From Planctomycetota bacterium (GTDB lineage: Bacteria; Planctomycetota; Phycisphaerae; Sedimentisphaerales; Anaerohalosphaeraceae), in assembly GCA_029552545.1 (NCBI GenBank), contig JAKPDO010000025.1, positions 43,610-107,609 of the forward strand: 64,000 bases of DNA, read 5' to 3'. The notes below the pieces were generated by a model that saw only the letters and a program-made list of their open reading frames with translations, ran no database searches and was not told the DNA's origin. Shown here in pieces: positions 19,501 through 26,325 of this stretch (position 1 is its first letter; each line of letters begins with the position of its first letter). The position numbers and the translations under genes are program-made.

Positions 19501-19858
19501 AACCGCTTCCGCCGGCGGAAGGGCTGTAAAAAAGATAATAACCGCCTTGATCGGCATATGTATCTCCAAAATCGAAAAGCCGGTTCCAGCCCGATGAGAC
19601 ATTCAGGGTAAACCAGGCCTCTATGGTAATGCTGTGGTATTTGTTGATGCCGATGACGGCGGGGGGAAGTTCGAGCCATGCATTGGAGCCGTCCAGGACA
19701 AGCGCGCCGCCGGATACGGCAGCTGTGCCTTTCAGTACACCGTGAGCAGAGCCGACCAAATCATCGGCATTAGTGTTGAAAGAATAGCGGTGAACCATTT
19801 CGGCCGGCGTGTATGCGGAAATAAGCATTCCGAGAAGACAGAAGAAAGTTCTTTTCAC
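13559..19858 (-). CDS. giant secreted LamG / CotH-kinase-family / LTD multidomain protein (2099 aa)
   Basis: GTG start 5 nt after GGAGG, with signal peptide MKRTFFCLLGMLISAYTPA. Domain order: LamG-like (~19184-19795), two Ig-like YYWR-type modules, dockerin-like module, LTD, CotH-like core (~16184-17461), a beta-sandwich, then three LTDs. It is colinear with protein 8969..13552. Confidence 0.85.
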   Translation of the reverse strand: MKRTFFCLLGMLISAYTPAEMVHRYSFNTNADDLVGSAHGVLKGTAAVSGGALVLDGSNAWLELPPAVIGINKYHSITIEAWFTLNVSSGWNRLFDFGDTYADQGGYYLFYSPSAGGSGSRFCISTTGYPGYSTGEQSVDSSLISSGTKTQIVCVYDGINRQMRIYKNGYLAASASNITHLLTDVHPAFAFIGKSCYTWDPLLNGSVDEFRIYNIPFDASMVLASYQAGPNSPTTVYSVPSNPSPANGQNAGILPTLTWNADPNPAILYHRVYLGTDYRTVLTATTTTAGVYQTTKPSTDRTFTPSAPLERDQLYYWRIEEVTSSGYIFSGPVWSFLAVNPKANNPSPVPGTIGVSPAGVTLQWQAGYQAAGHRILLGTSPSTLQVLQENYPDTNYWVGPLEPGRDYFWRVDEHSASGPDVEGDLWSFSTSDSIPACLPGDLDGNCLIDLNDLVVFAVQWMQSVNCSGYDCADFDKSRFVDLADFSTLAAGWQETATPLIVINEIHYHPDSNKEPVEFIELYNAGAQTIDLNGWSLEDAVEYRFTSSCPFAPGDFVVIAANPAAVNQKFGVSAFGPWQGKLSNEGERIILRDPLGQKIDEVNYGPSFPWPTAADGEGASMELLNPYLDNDLGGSWRSSGFLPTAARPEEAFGTPTPGRINGVFTNNAPPQIRQVQHTPKQPQSTEPIVITAKITDPDGVASVNLKVQIVLPGQYIPAYLPIPIASLLANPHQIQPQNPAFENPANWQTYPMRDDGNGGDAVAGDSIYTAVLPAQSNRTLVRYRIEAADNTGRSVRTPYVDDASLNFACFVYNGVPPYVASKDTVQSSGPGYVYSSEILTSVPVYHLITRAEDFFQSHGYNSADRIEQGTTNYNNQEAGKVYNWSGTFVYDGEVYDNIGYRLRGGNGRYNYGQGGKRSMKFRFNRGHYFQARDLYGNKFPARWQHLVTAKMFGNRLQGRYAINEMLDMMLWNQVGVPAPMGWWFHFRVIDGPNEAPNTLNGQYEGDFWGLYLAWEDYDGAFLDNHDMPKGNLYKLSDKIYEGLRQLRYQGPDAVDDASDYENIRWNLNANATAAQVLAWLDTDMWIRYHTIVEAVRHYDVFSGPTCFHCLKNAAWYFYPDYKPENQYWGRLWILPFDVDDTWGPFFNQGIDHGAAAIFDQYYVTEGQPVQMTIQSAKAPIKQAYRNFIREFLDLHWKPEIINGMIDELAYHISELVPADRDRWRLNPLAEGARDDGPLSNVVADLKKFAWQGGSWTGDPWFGDPSWPGTVANLEALAGAEGDSTSIPYTPTISYIGTAGYPVNDLRFQTSAFNDPQGSNTFGAIQWRIAEHRLNFSLPPTTTELALVAPASQWRYFKGTREPSSVFGEWRQLSFNDQEWLLGQTALGYGDSDLNTTLSDMKNSYYTVYLRKKFEVPNKNLIQSLKLRVRIDDGCIIWINGVEVARLYCTAGDKYYNSLTGTTNHEADNANAYDEIVLSGPYDYLTTGDNVIAVHALQASTTSSDFSVDVALIAQTTEPVKAGLASESNKYEIQPTWMSDEITDPANRTIQIPGSVVRTGRTYRVRCRMKDNTGRWSHWSEPIEFTAGEAIGADLLNYLRVSELMYNPAPDPLGRYDKEEFEFLELTNTSTSKTLDLSTVSISNGITFSFAGASVTTLAPGDFVLIVRNPTAFNLRYPGLSSKIAGQYSGKLNNDGETIDISDTWNGMIVSFTYNDGFGWPQAADGGGHSLVPVGWWTMEDQQAGILDYGTSWRQSAYIGGSPGAADPTPTASIVLNEFMAHTDFSDPMYPGYDSNDWIELYNPTASPIALDGNWYLSDDITNLKKWAIPSITVPASGFVSFDEISGFHNPLTSGFGLDKVGETIFLSYLPGTAGTDRIVDCIRFKGQENGISMGRYPNGGAYWFRMTGTRGTSNAVPLAGIVISELMYNPLNAVGAEEYIELFNPTGSSVSLTSPDGSGNWRLDNAVSFPFPSGLSLAPGAKIVIVPFDPVLESGRLNAFNAYYNSSLTPGVNVFGPWSGSLSNGGERLALEKPQASDIPGDPSAISWVVMDQVTYSDYTPWPAGADGLGYSLTRLYPSNSSKSGDDPTNWTAAAPTPGF
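18380..18547 (-). other. dockerin-like two-segment module with Cys-containing linker (internal, protein 13559..19858)
   Basis: LPGDLDGNCLIDLNDLVVFAVQWMQSVNCSGYDCADFDKSRFVDLADFSTLAAGWQE. Confidence 0.5.
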
Positions 19859-20098
19859 AAAACCTCCGTTTTTAAGTAATTATCCCTTTTTTTCTCAACT
19901 TATGGGGTTCATCGGAAAAACAAATGTCTCTGTTTACGATAAAATAAATCCCCATTCAGAATTGTTCTTTTTCGTCCTATAAAATTATACCTTTTTTTAA
20001 GAAGGAATGAAAGGGAAAAATCCTTCACTGGCTTTTCTGCTGTTTTTGAATACAATGGGTCTTTTTGAAAGGAAGTAAGGGTTTTTGTGAGGGAAAGG

Positions 20099-23000
20099 AT
20101 GATCATAATGTTGTTCAAGAAGGCGGCAATCAAGAGATATTTTGTTCTTTTTTTCTTTATAACGACAGGGATTCTTCAAGCGGCCCAAACATCCCTTGAT
20201 TTATCCGGAAGATGGAGGTTTGCTTTGGACCCGCAGGATGCCGGTTTGCGGGAAGAGTGGTTTCGAAAAGACCTTTCGGATGAAATTCGGCTGCCCGGTG
20301 TTCTCCAGGCCCAGGGATACGGCAGCCCTATCAGCAAGGATACGCCCTGGGTTTTGTCTTTGTATGACAAGTTTTGGTATCTGAGGCAGGACTATCAGCC
20401 CTACGCGGAAGGCGATGTGAAGGTTCCGTTTCTTTCCCAGCCGCCTCGGCATTATCTGGGAGCGGCCTGGTATCAGCGGGACATTGACATCCCAAAAAAC
20501 TGGAAGGGCCGGCGGGTCGTTCTGTTTTTGGAGCGGACACGATGGCTTTCCACAGTGTGGCTGAATGAGCGGCAGGTTGGGTCAGACAACTCCTTAGTTG
20601 CCCCCCACGTGTTTGATTTGGGGCTCTTGGAGCCCGGCCGGTATCGGCTGACCATTCGGCTGGACAATCGAATGCTGATGGATTATCGGCCGGATGCCCA
20701 CAGTGTTTCGGATTCGCTGGGCAGTACGTGGAACGGGATTGTCGGACGGATAGAACTGATGTCCACATCCCCGGTCTGGCTGGAGGATGTGCAGGTTTAT
20801 CCGAATATTCGGGACAAGACGGTCCGCGTTCAGGTGCAAATCGGGAACAGCACGGGGCAGCCGGGAAAAGGGACCCTGAAAGCCGGACAGGTTCGTGTGC
20901 CGGTTTCCTGGACGGCGGAAGGCGGAGAAGCGGAGCTGACGGTATCCTTGGGAAAGAATGCTCGGCTTTGGGATGAATTTGAGCCGGTGCTGCATCGGCT
21001 GACGGTGGAATTGAAAGGCACAGGGGCGGATGACCGCCGGGAGATTCGCATCGGGCTTCGGCAGATCAGCACAGACGGCCCCAATCTGCTGGTCAACGGA
21101 CGCAGGAGTCATTTTCGGGGGACGCATTCGGGCGGGGATTTTCCGCTAACGGGATATCCGGCGACGGATTTGGCGTACTGGCGAAATCTGTTTAAGACCT
21201 GTCGGGAGTGGGGCTTAAATCATATGCGTTTCCATTCGTTCTGTCCGCCTGAAGCGGCGTTTGAAGCGGCGGATGAGCTGGGCTTTTATCTGCAGCCGGA
21301 GGCGGGAATGTGGAATGCTATCAGTCCGGGCACGGCGATGGAGGCACGGATGTACGAGGAGACGGAGCGGATGATTCGGGCCTATGGGAATCATCCGTCG
21401 TTTGTGCTCTGTTCGCCCAGCAACGAGCCGGCCGGACGCTGGAAGGAGTCGCTGCCGAAGTGGGTGGAGTATTACCGCCAAAAAGACCCCCGCCGGCTTT
21501 ATACGACGGGCACGGGCTGGCCGCTGATTGACGACCCGGGGCCTGTCAGGGGGGCGGATTTTCTGGCGGTGCATCGGGTCGGTTTGCGGCCGGTGCGGGG
21601 CAATCGGGCCTGGTTCGGCGGGGATTATCTGGCCTCCATGCAGGGAGTGGATGTTCCGATTATCGTTCACGAACTGGGGCAGTGGTGCGCATATCCGGAC
21701 TTTGACATCATCCGGAAGTTTACGGGGTATCTGCGGCCGGGCAATTATGAGATTTTCCGAGAGTCTGCGGCGGCGGCCGGACTGCTGGCCAAAAACAAGC
21801 CGTTTGCCCTGGCCAGCGGGATGTTTCAGACGGCCTGTTATAAGGAGGAAATTGAGGCCAACCTTCGAACCCCCGGTCTGGCGGGTTTTCAGCTGCTGGA
21901 TTTGCATGACTACCTCGGGCAGGGCACGGCTCTGGTGGGGGTGCTGGATGCCTTCTGGGAGGAGAAGGGGTATGTTTCGGCACGCCGGTGGCGGCGGTTC
22001 TGCACAGCGACGGTGCCGCTGGCAGTCCTGAAAAAACGCACGTTTACCCAGGATGAGCCGTTTGAGCCGGAGATTCGAATCGCTCATTACGGGGCAAAAC
22101 CGATGGGCAAGACGGAGGTCTATTGGCGGATTGCGGACAAGAACGGACGCATCGTTCGCCAGGGCGGCTGGAGGGTTGACGCCATCGAGCTGGGCAGCGC
22201 TTTGCCGCTCGGGCGGGTCCGAACGGAGTTGGCTGATTTGCCCGCCCCGGCGATGTATCGGCTGATTGTCGGGCTGACCGGGACGCCGTTTGAGAATGAC
22301 TGGAATTTCTGGGTGTATCCGAAGGATTTGCCGGAGCCGGCCGCAGCGGATATTCTGATAACCCGTTCGGAACAGGAGGCCTTTGAACGGCTTCAGGCGG
22401 GCGGCAAAGTGCTTTGGATGCCGCACTATAACCGGCTGCGGTGGGACTGTCCCCCGATCGGCCGGCTGCCGATATTCTGGAATCGGCTGATGGGACCGAA
22501 TTGGGAGCGGTTTTTGGGGATTGTCTGTGAGCCGAGTCATCCGGCCCTGAAGCATTTCGCAACGGATTTCTATTATGACTGGCAGTGGGAGCAGGTTTTT
22601 CAGCCCGCCTGCCGGGTGCTGAATCTGGCGGATATGCCGGCGGAACTGGAGCCGATTGTTCAGGTGATCGATGACTGGCATCGGAATTATAAACTGGCGG
22701 CGATTTTTGAATGCCGGGTCGGCGAAGGGAAGCTTCTGGTTTGTGCGGCGGATTTGGAGACCAACCTTTCGGAACGTCCGGCGGCTCGGCAGCTGCGGTC
22801 TAGTCTGCTGACTTATATGAACAGCGAACGCTTTGCTCCAAAGACCGCTGTCAAGGTCGAGCAGCTGCGAGGTCTGATTTTTGACAACCAAATTATGAAA
22901 AAATTGGGCGCAAAGATTCAGACCCAGTGGGAGGATGGACGCAACGCGGCGGCCAATGCCGTCGACGGCAACCCCAATACGTACTGGTTTACAGGGCGGG

Positions 23001-23404
23001 CGAGCCGGGAAAGACGCCGTCCGTTTGAGTTGACGATTCAGTTTGAACAGCCGGTTCGGATGAAGGGGCTGGTCTGGATGAATCGGCAGGACCATCGCGG
23101 GCACGAAGGGGATGTCCGGGAATACGAAGTCTGCTTCAGCGAGGATGGGCAGGAATGGTCGGAGCCGCTGAAAGGCCGGCTGGAATCCACCTTTCATCCG
23201 CAGCAAATTGATTTCGGCGGAACGGTTTGTGCCCAAAGGATGAAGATTCGGGCCTTGTCGGGCTTCGGGGATGACCTGACGGCTTCGGCTGCCGAAATTG
23301 CCGTGATTGCCGATGAAACGCCGCCGTCCGGTCAGCCCTCCCAGACGGGAGTGTATCAAAGAGTCCGGACGGCTACGGAAGAAATGTTTGAAGGGGTTGA
23401 TTAA
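20099..23404 (+). CDS. glycoside hydrolase family 2-like enzyme with C-terminal F5/8 type C (discoidin) domain
   Basis: ATG 20099 (the ORF-track GTG is at 20087) gives a signal peptide. Sugar-binding jelly roll (LSGRWRFALDP.., AWYQRDIDIP..W.GRRVVLFLE), TIM barrel (WGLNHMRFHSFCPPE.., SPSNEP), and a C-terminal NAVDGNPNTYWFT discoidin motif. Confidence 0.75.
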   Translation: MIIMLFKKAAIKRYFVLFFFITTGILQAAQTSLDLSGRWRFALDPQDAGLREEWFRKDLSDEIRLPGVLQAQGYGSPISKDTPWVLSLYDKFWYLRQDYQPYAEGDVKVPFLSQPPRHYLGAAWYQRDIDIPKNWKGRRVVLFLERTRWLSTVWLNERQVGSDNSLVAPHVFDLGLLEPGRYRLTIRLDNRMLMDYRPDAHSVSDSLGSTWNGIVGRIELMSTSPVWLEDVQVYPNIRDKTVRVQVQIGNSTGQPGKGTLKAGQVRVPVSWTAEGGEAELTVSLGKNARLWDEFEPVLHRLTVELKGTGADDRREIRIGLRQISTDGPNLLVNGRRSHFRGTHSGGDFPLTGYPATDLAYWRNLFKTCREWGLNHMRFHSFCPPEAAFEAADELGFYLQPEAGMWNAISPGTAMEARMYEETERMIRAYGNHPSFVLCSPSNEPAGRWKESLPKWVEYYRQKDPRRLYTTGTGWPLIDDPGPVRGADFLAVHRVGLRPVRGNRAWFGGDYLASMQGVDVPIIVHELGQWCAYPDFDIIRKFTGYLRPGNYEIFRESAAAAGLLAKNKPFALASGMFQTACYKEEIEANLRTPGLAGFQLLDLHDYLGQGTALVGVLDAFWEEKGYVSARRWRRFCTATVPLAVLKKRTFTQDEPFEPEIRIAHYGAKPMGKTEVYWRIADKNGRIVRQGGWRVDAIELGSALPLGRVRTELADLPAPAMYRLIVGLTGTPFENDWNFWVYPKDLPEPAAADILITRSEQEAFERLQAGGKVLWMPHYNRLRWDCPPIGRLPIFWNRLMGPNWERFLGIVCEPSHPALKHFATDFYYDWQWEQVFQPACRVLNLADMPAELEPIVQVIDDWHRNYKLAAIFECRVGEGKLLVCAADLETNLSERPAARQLRSSLLTYMNSERFAPKTAVKVEQLRGLIFDNQIMKKLGAKIQTQWEDGRNAAANAVDGNPNTYWFTGRASRERRRPFELTIQFEQPVRMKGLVWMNRQDHRGHEGDVREYEVCFSEDGQEWSEPLKGRLESTFHPQQIDFGGTVCAQRMKIRALSGFGDDLTASAAEIAVIADETPPSGQPSQTGVYQRVRTATEEMFEGVD

Positions 23405-23418
23405 GAAAGGGAGTCTCT

Positions 23419-25377
23419 ATGAAATCGAAGTTGACTTTGTGGATGTTTGGTTGGGCTGCTTTGTGTCAGATGGGGTATGCAATGGACCGGAGCCATACGA
23501 TTCAGAGTCCGGACGGACGCGTGCACGTGGATTTTCTGCTGGAAGAGGGCAGGCCGTTTTATTCCGTTCGACTGGGGAATGAGGTTCTTCTGGAGAAATC
23601 GCCGCTGGGAATCAAGCGAAGCGATGCGGATTTTACCGGGCAGCTGACGCTGCAGCGTTTTTCCAGGACAGAAAAAGTATCAGAGAAATACACGATGCCG
23701 CACGGCAAGCAAAGCCGCATTGCCTATCGGGCCAATCGGCGGACGGCAACCCTGGCCAATCCCCAGGGACAGCTCATCCAGATCGTCTTTCAGGTCTCCA
23801 ATGACGGGCTGGCATTCCGCTATCATTTTCCGGAACCGAGCGGTCTGAAGGTTTCAGTGGAGGCCGAACAGACCGGCTTTGCCTTCCCGTCCGGAACGGT
23901 CAGCTGGCTGCATCCGATGCATGATGCCAAAACGGGCTGGGAGAAGACCCAACCGTCTTATGAGGCCCACTATGAGATTGAAAAGCCCGTCGGGCTTCCT
24001 TCGCCGTATTCGGCCGGCTGGGTGTTTCCGGCGCTGTTTCGGGTGGGGCAGTCCGGCTGGGTCTTATTGAGTGAAACGGCGGTGGATGAGAATTACTGCG
24101 GCTGCCGGCTGGCGCAGCATTCGGATGGGGGCATCTATCGGATTGCCTTCCCGCAGGCCGCCGAGCACCGGGGACCGCAGGACCCGATTGCTCCTTCAGC
24201 CGTCATTCCGTTTTCCACGCCCTGGCGGCTGGTTATCGTCGGGCGGGATTTGGGGGCTATCGTAGAGTCCACCCTCGCAACGGATGTGGCGGAGCCCTCG
24301 AAAGTGAAGGATGTTTCTTTCGTCAGGCCGGGCCGGGCGGCCTGGAGCTGGCTGCGGTATGATACAGAAGGGACGAAACTGCCGTATCTGCAGGAGTATC
24401 TGGAGATGGCCGGCAGGCTCGGCTGGGAATATATGCTGGTGGATGCCGACTGGGACCGTCTGGTCGGCTATGAGAAGATTGCCGAGCTGTCGCAGCAGGC
24501 TCGTCAAAAGGGCGTCGAATTGATTCTGTGGTACAATTCCAACGGCGAGTGGAATACGGCGCCGATGACGCCGAAAAACCGGATGCATCTGCCCCAGGTG
24601 CGGCGGGAGGAGTTTGCACGGCTTCGCCAAATGGGCATTCGGGGGATTAAGGTGGATTTCTTCGGCGGCGACAAGCAGGCCACGATGCAGCTGTATCAGG
24701 ATATTTTGCGGGATGCAGCGGAGTATCAGCTGCTGGCGAATTTCCACGGGGCGACGCTGCCGCGCGGCTGGCAACGCACCTGGCCCAATCTGGTGACGAC
24801 CGAGGCGGTGATGGGGATGGAATACTGTACCTTTGACCAGCGCAACACTGACCGGCAGGCCCAGCACAGCTGTGTTCTGCCGTTTACGCGAAATGTCGTT
24901 GCTCCGATGGACTTTACGCCGGTGGTGATGAGCCGCCGCATCCGCGGCGTGCAGCGCAGGACCACACCGGCCTTCGAGATGGCGCTGCCGGTGATTTTTG
25001 AGTCGGGGATTCAGCATTTCGGCCTGGCGCCGTTTGAGGCGGAGGCCCTGCCGGATTTCGCCCTGGAGTATTTCAAAGCCGTCCCGACCTGCTGGGACCA
25101 GACGCGGTTTGTATCCGGCTATCCGGCCAAAGAGGTTGTGCTGGCCCGGCGAAAAGGGAAACAGTGGTTTGTAGCGGGCATCAACGGCGAAACGGCGGCG
25201 AAAACTCTCACGCTGGACTTGTCCTTCCTGCCGAAGAATTTTCAGGGAGTTTTGATTACAGACAGTGCTCAGCCGGACCAGTTGGAGTCCAGGACCGTTT
25301 CGGCGGCGGATGTGCGGAAACTAACCATTTCGATGCCGCCCCAGGGTGGAGTTGTGCTGTATTCAAAACCCCGATAG
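23419..25377 (+). CDS. glycoside hydrolase family 97 (alpha-glucosidase/alpha-galactosidase type)
   Basis: SPDGRVHVDFLLEEGRPFYSVRLGNEVLLEKSPLGI N-domain, IKVDFFGGD and FHGATLPRGWQRTWPNLVTTEAV, the SusB-like GH97 pattern. It starts 14 nt after the GH2 stop. Confidence 0.9.
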   Translation: MKSKLTLWMFGWAALCQMGYAMDRSHTIQSPDGRVHVDFLLEEGRPFYSVRLGNEVLLEKSPLGIKRSDADFTGQLTLQRFSRTEKVSEKYTMPHGKQSRIAYRANRRTATLANPQGQLIQIVFQVSNDGLAFRYHFPEPSGLKVSVEAEQTGFAFPSGTVSWLHPMHDAKTGWEKTQPSYEAHYEIEKPVGLPSPYSAGWVFPALFRVGQSGWVLLSETAVDENYCGCRLAQHSDGGIYRIAFPQAAEHRGPQDPIAPSAVIPFSTPWRLVIVGRDLGAIVESTLATDVAEPSKVKDVSFVRPGRAAWSWLRYDTEGTKLPYLQEYLEMAGRLGWEYMLVDADWDRLVGYEKIAELSQQARQKGVELILWYNSNGEWNTAPMTPKNRMHLPQVRREEFARLRQMGIRGIKVDFFGGDKQATMQLYQDILRDAAEYQLLANFHGATLPRGWQRTWPNLVTTEAVMGMEYCTFDQRNTDRQAQHSCVLPFTRNVVAPMDFTPVVMSRRIRGVQRRTTPAFEMALPVIFESGIQHFGLAPFEAEALPDFALEYFKAVPTCWDQTRFVSGYPAKEVVLARRKGKQWFVAGINGETAAKTLTLDLSFLPKNFQGVLITDSAQPDQLESRTVSAADVRKLTISMPPQGGVVLYSKPR

Positions 25378-25404
25378 GGCTGGCTGCAATTCGTTTCCAA
25401 AAAG

Positions 25405-25442
25405 AAAAGGGGAGTCCGTCTGTTGACGGATTCCCCTTTTTT
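25405..25442. terminator. bidirectional intrinsic terminator between convergent GH97 and PEP-CTERM genes
   Basis: AAAAGGGGAGTCCGTC-TGTT-GACGGATTCCCCTTTT. A 12-bp GC core with one G.U pair, flanked by an A-run and a T-run, so it can work on both strands. Confidence 0.6.
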
Positions 25443-25457
25443 CTGCACGCGGGTGGG

Positions 25458-26207
25458 TTATCCGCGCCGCCGAAGTGAAATCAACCCGCCCAGGCCTACC
25501 AATGCCAGTGTCATCGGTTCCGGTACAAGAACCAGCGCCGGTGCTGTGAAGGTTGCATGTTCTTTGGAAGCGAAGCGGTCTTCACAGTTAATCGAGGAGG
25601 TGCCGCTTGAATTAATGATCACCAGGGTAACCAGTTTGTTGGTATCTGAAGCCAGGAAATTGCTGAATGCGGTTCCCAAATCGGTGGTGTTGGAACTGAA
25701 GGTGATGGGATACGTGGGGGTTCCGCCGCCTGTGCCTGGGGTATTCAAAAACCCGAGCCAGACCAGCTTGGTTTCATCAATCAGATAATACCCGGTGTCC
25801 CAGCCCTGCGACGGCTGGAGCATTCCGGGTGCATTCTGATAGCAGAGTGTGGATTCTGTCCAGTTGTCCAGCGTTTCGTCAGTCAGACCGTAGACATCCA
25901 GTCGGCGTCCGGTTGAGCTTTTGATGTAAGTGGCATCCAGCTGCAGGATGGCGCCTTCAAATGTTTCGGTTGTCATTTCGCTCAGGTCAAAGCGAAGATA
26001 CGTGCACTGGAATCGGGAACCGCCTCCGTTGTAGCGGGAGCGAAGTTCCGTCGCGGCCGCGCCGGCTGTGGAAGTAGATCTTACCTGGGTATCATTGCCG
26101 ATATACGCATCGGCTCCATTCCCGTATTCTGTGGTGATGACCAAAGCCCAAGAAGAGGGCACAAAAAACAAAAGCATTACGAGCAGATAAAAGATTTTTC
26201 TTTCCAT
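25458..26207 (-). CDS. PEP-CTERM-anchored secreted protein with DNRLRE/CBM96-like beta-sandwich module
   Basis: ATG 26207 follows GGAGG (the ORF-track TTG is at 26213). Signal peptide. The C-terminus VPEPMTLALVGLGGLISLRRRG is a PEP motif plus TM helix plus basic tail. The N-module is paralogous to 26326..28296 and 28377..30410. Confidence 0.8.
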   Translation of the reverse strand: MERKIFYLLVMLLFFVPSSWALVITTEYGNGADAYIGNDTQVRSTSTAGAAATELRSRYNGGGSRFQCTYLRFDLSEMTTETFEGAILQLDATYIKSSTGRRLDVYGLTDETLDNWTESTLCYQNAPGMLQPSQGWDTGYYLIDETKLVWLGFLNTPGTGGGTPTYPITFSSNTTDLGTAFSNFLASDTNKLVTLVIINSSGTSSINCEDRFASKEHATFTAPALVLVPEPMTLALVGLGGLISLRRRG

Positions 26208-26276
26208 AACCAACCTCCAAAAAGATTTCGTTTTTTCTTACGAACGGTTTCCTTTCACACACTCCACACACAAACC

Positions 26277-26311
26277 TTCTCAGGGCAGGTCTTTCCGGCC
26301 TGCCCTGAGAA
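26277..26311 (-). terminator. perfect 13-bp GC-rich intercistronic hairpin (attenuator or RNA-stability element)
   Basis: TTCTCAGGGCAGG-9 nt-CCTGCCCTGAGAA, 15 nt downstream of the stop at 26326 on the minus strand. Only a weak U-tract follows. Confidence 0.35.
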
Positions 26312-26325
26312 GAAACAGAATCATC

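Noticed and set aside
6087-19858. Reading HlyD + TolC as a type I secretion system for the two giant proteins.
   Set aside because: No ABC ATPase gene is present. Both giants have N-terminal Sec-type signal peptides, and neither has a C-terminal RTX/GGxGxD-type secretion signal.
21215-23359. A 714-aa minus-strand ORF antisense to the GH2 gene.
   Set aside because: Same reasoning. The translation is Arg/Pro/Gln-rich low-complexity sequence, and the sense strand carries clear GH2 and discoidin motifs.
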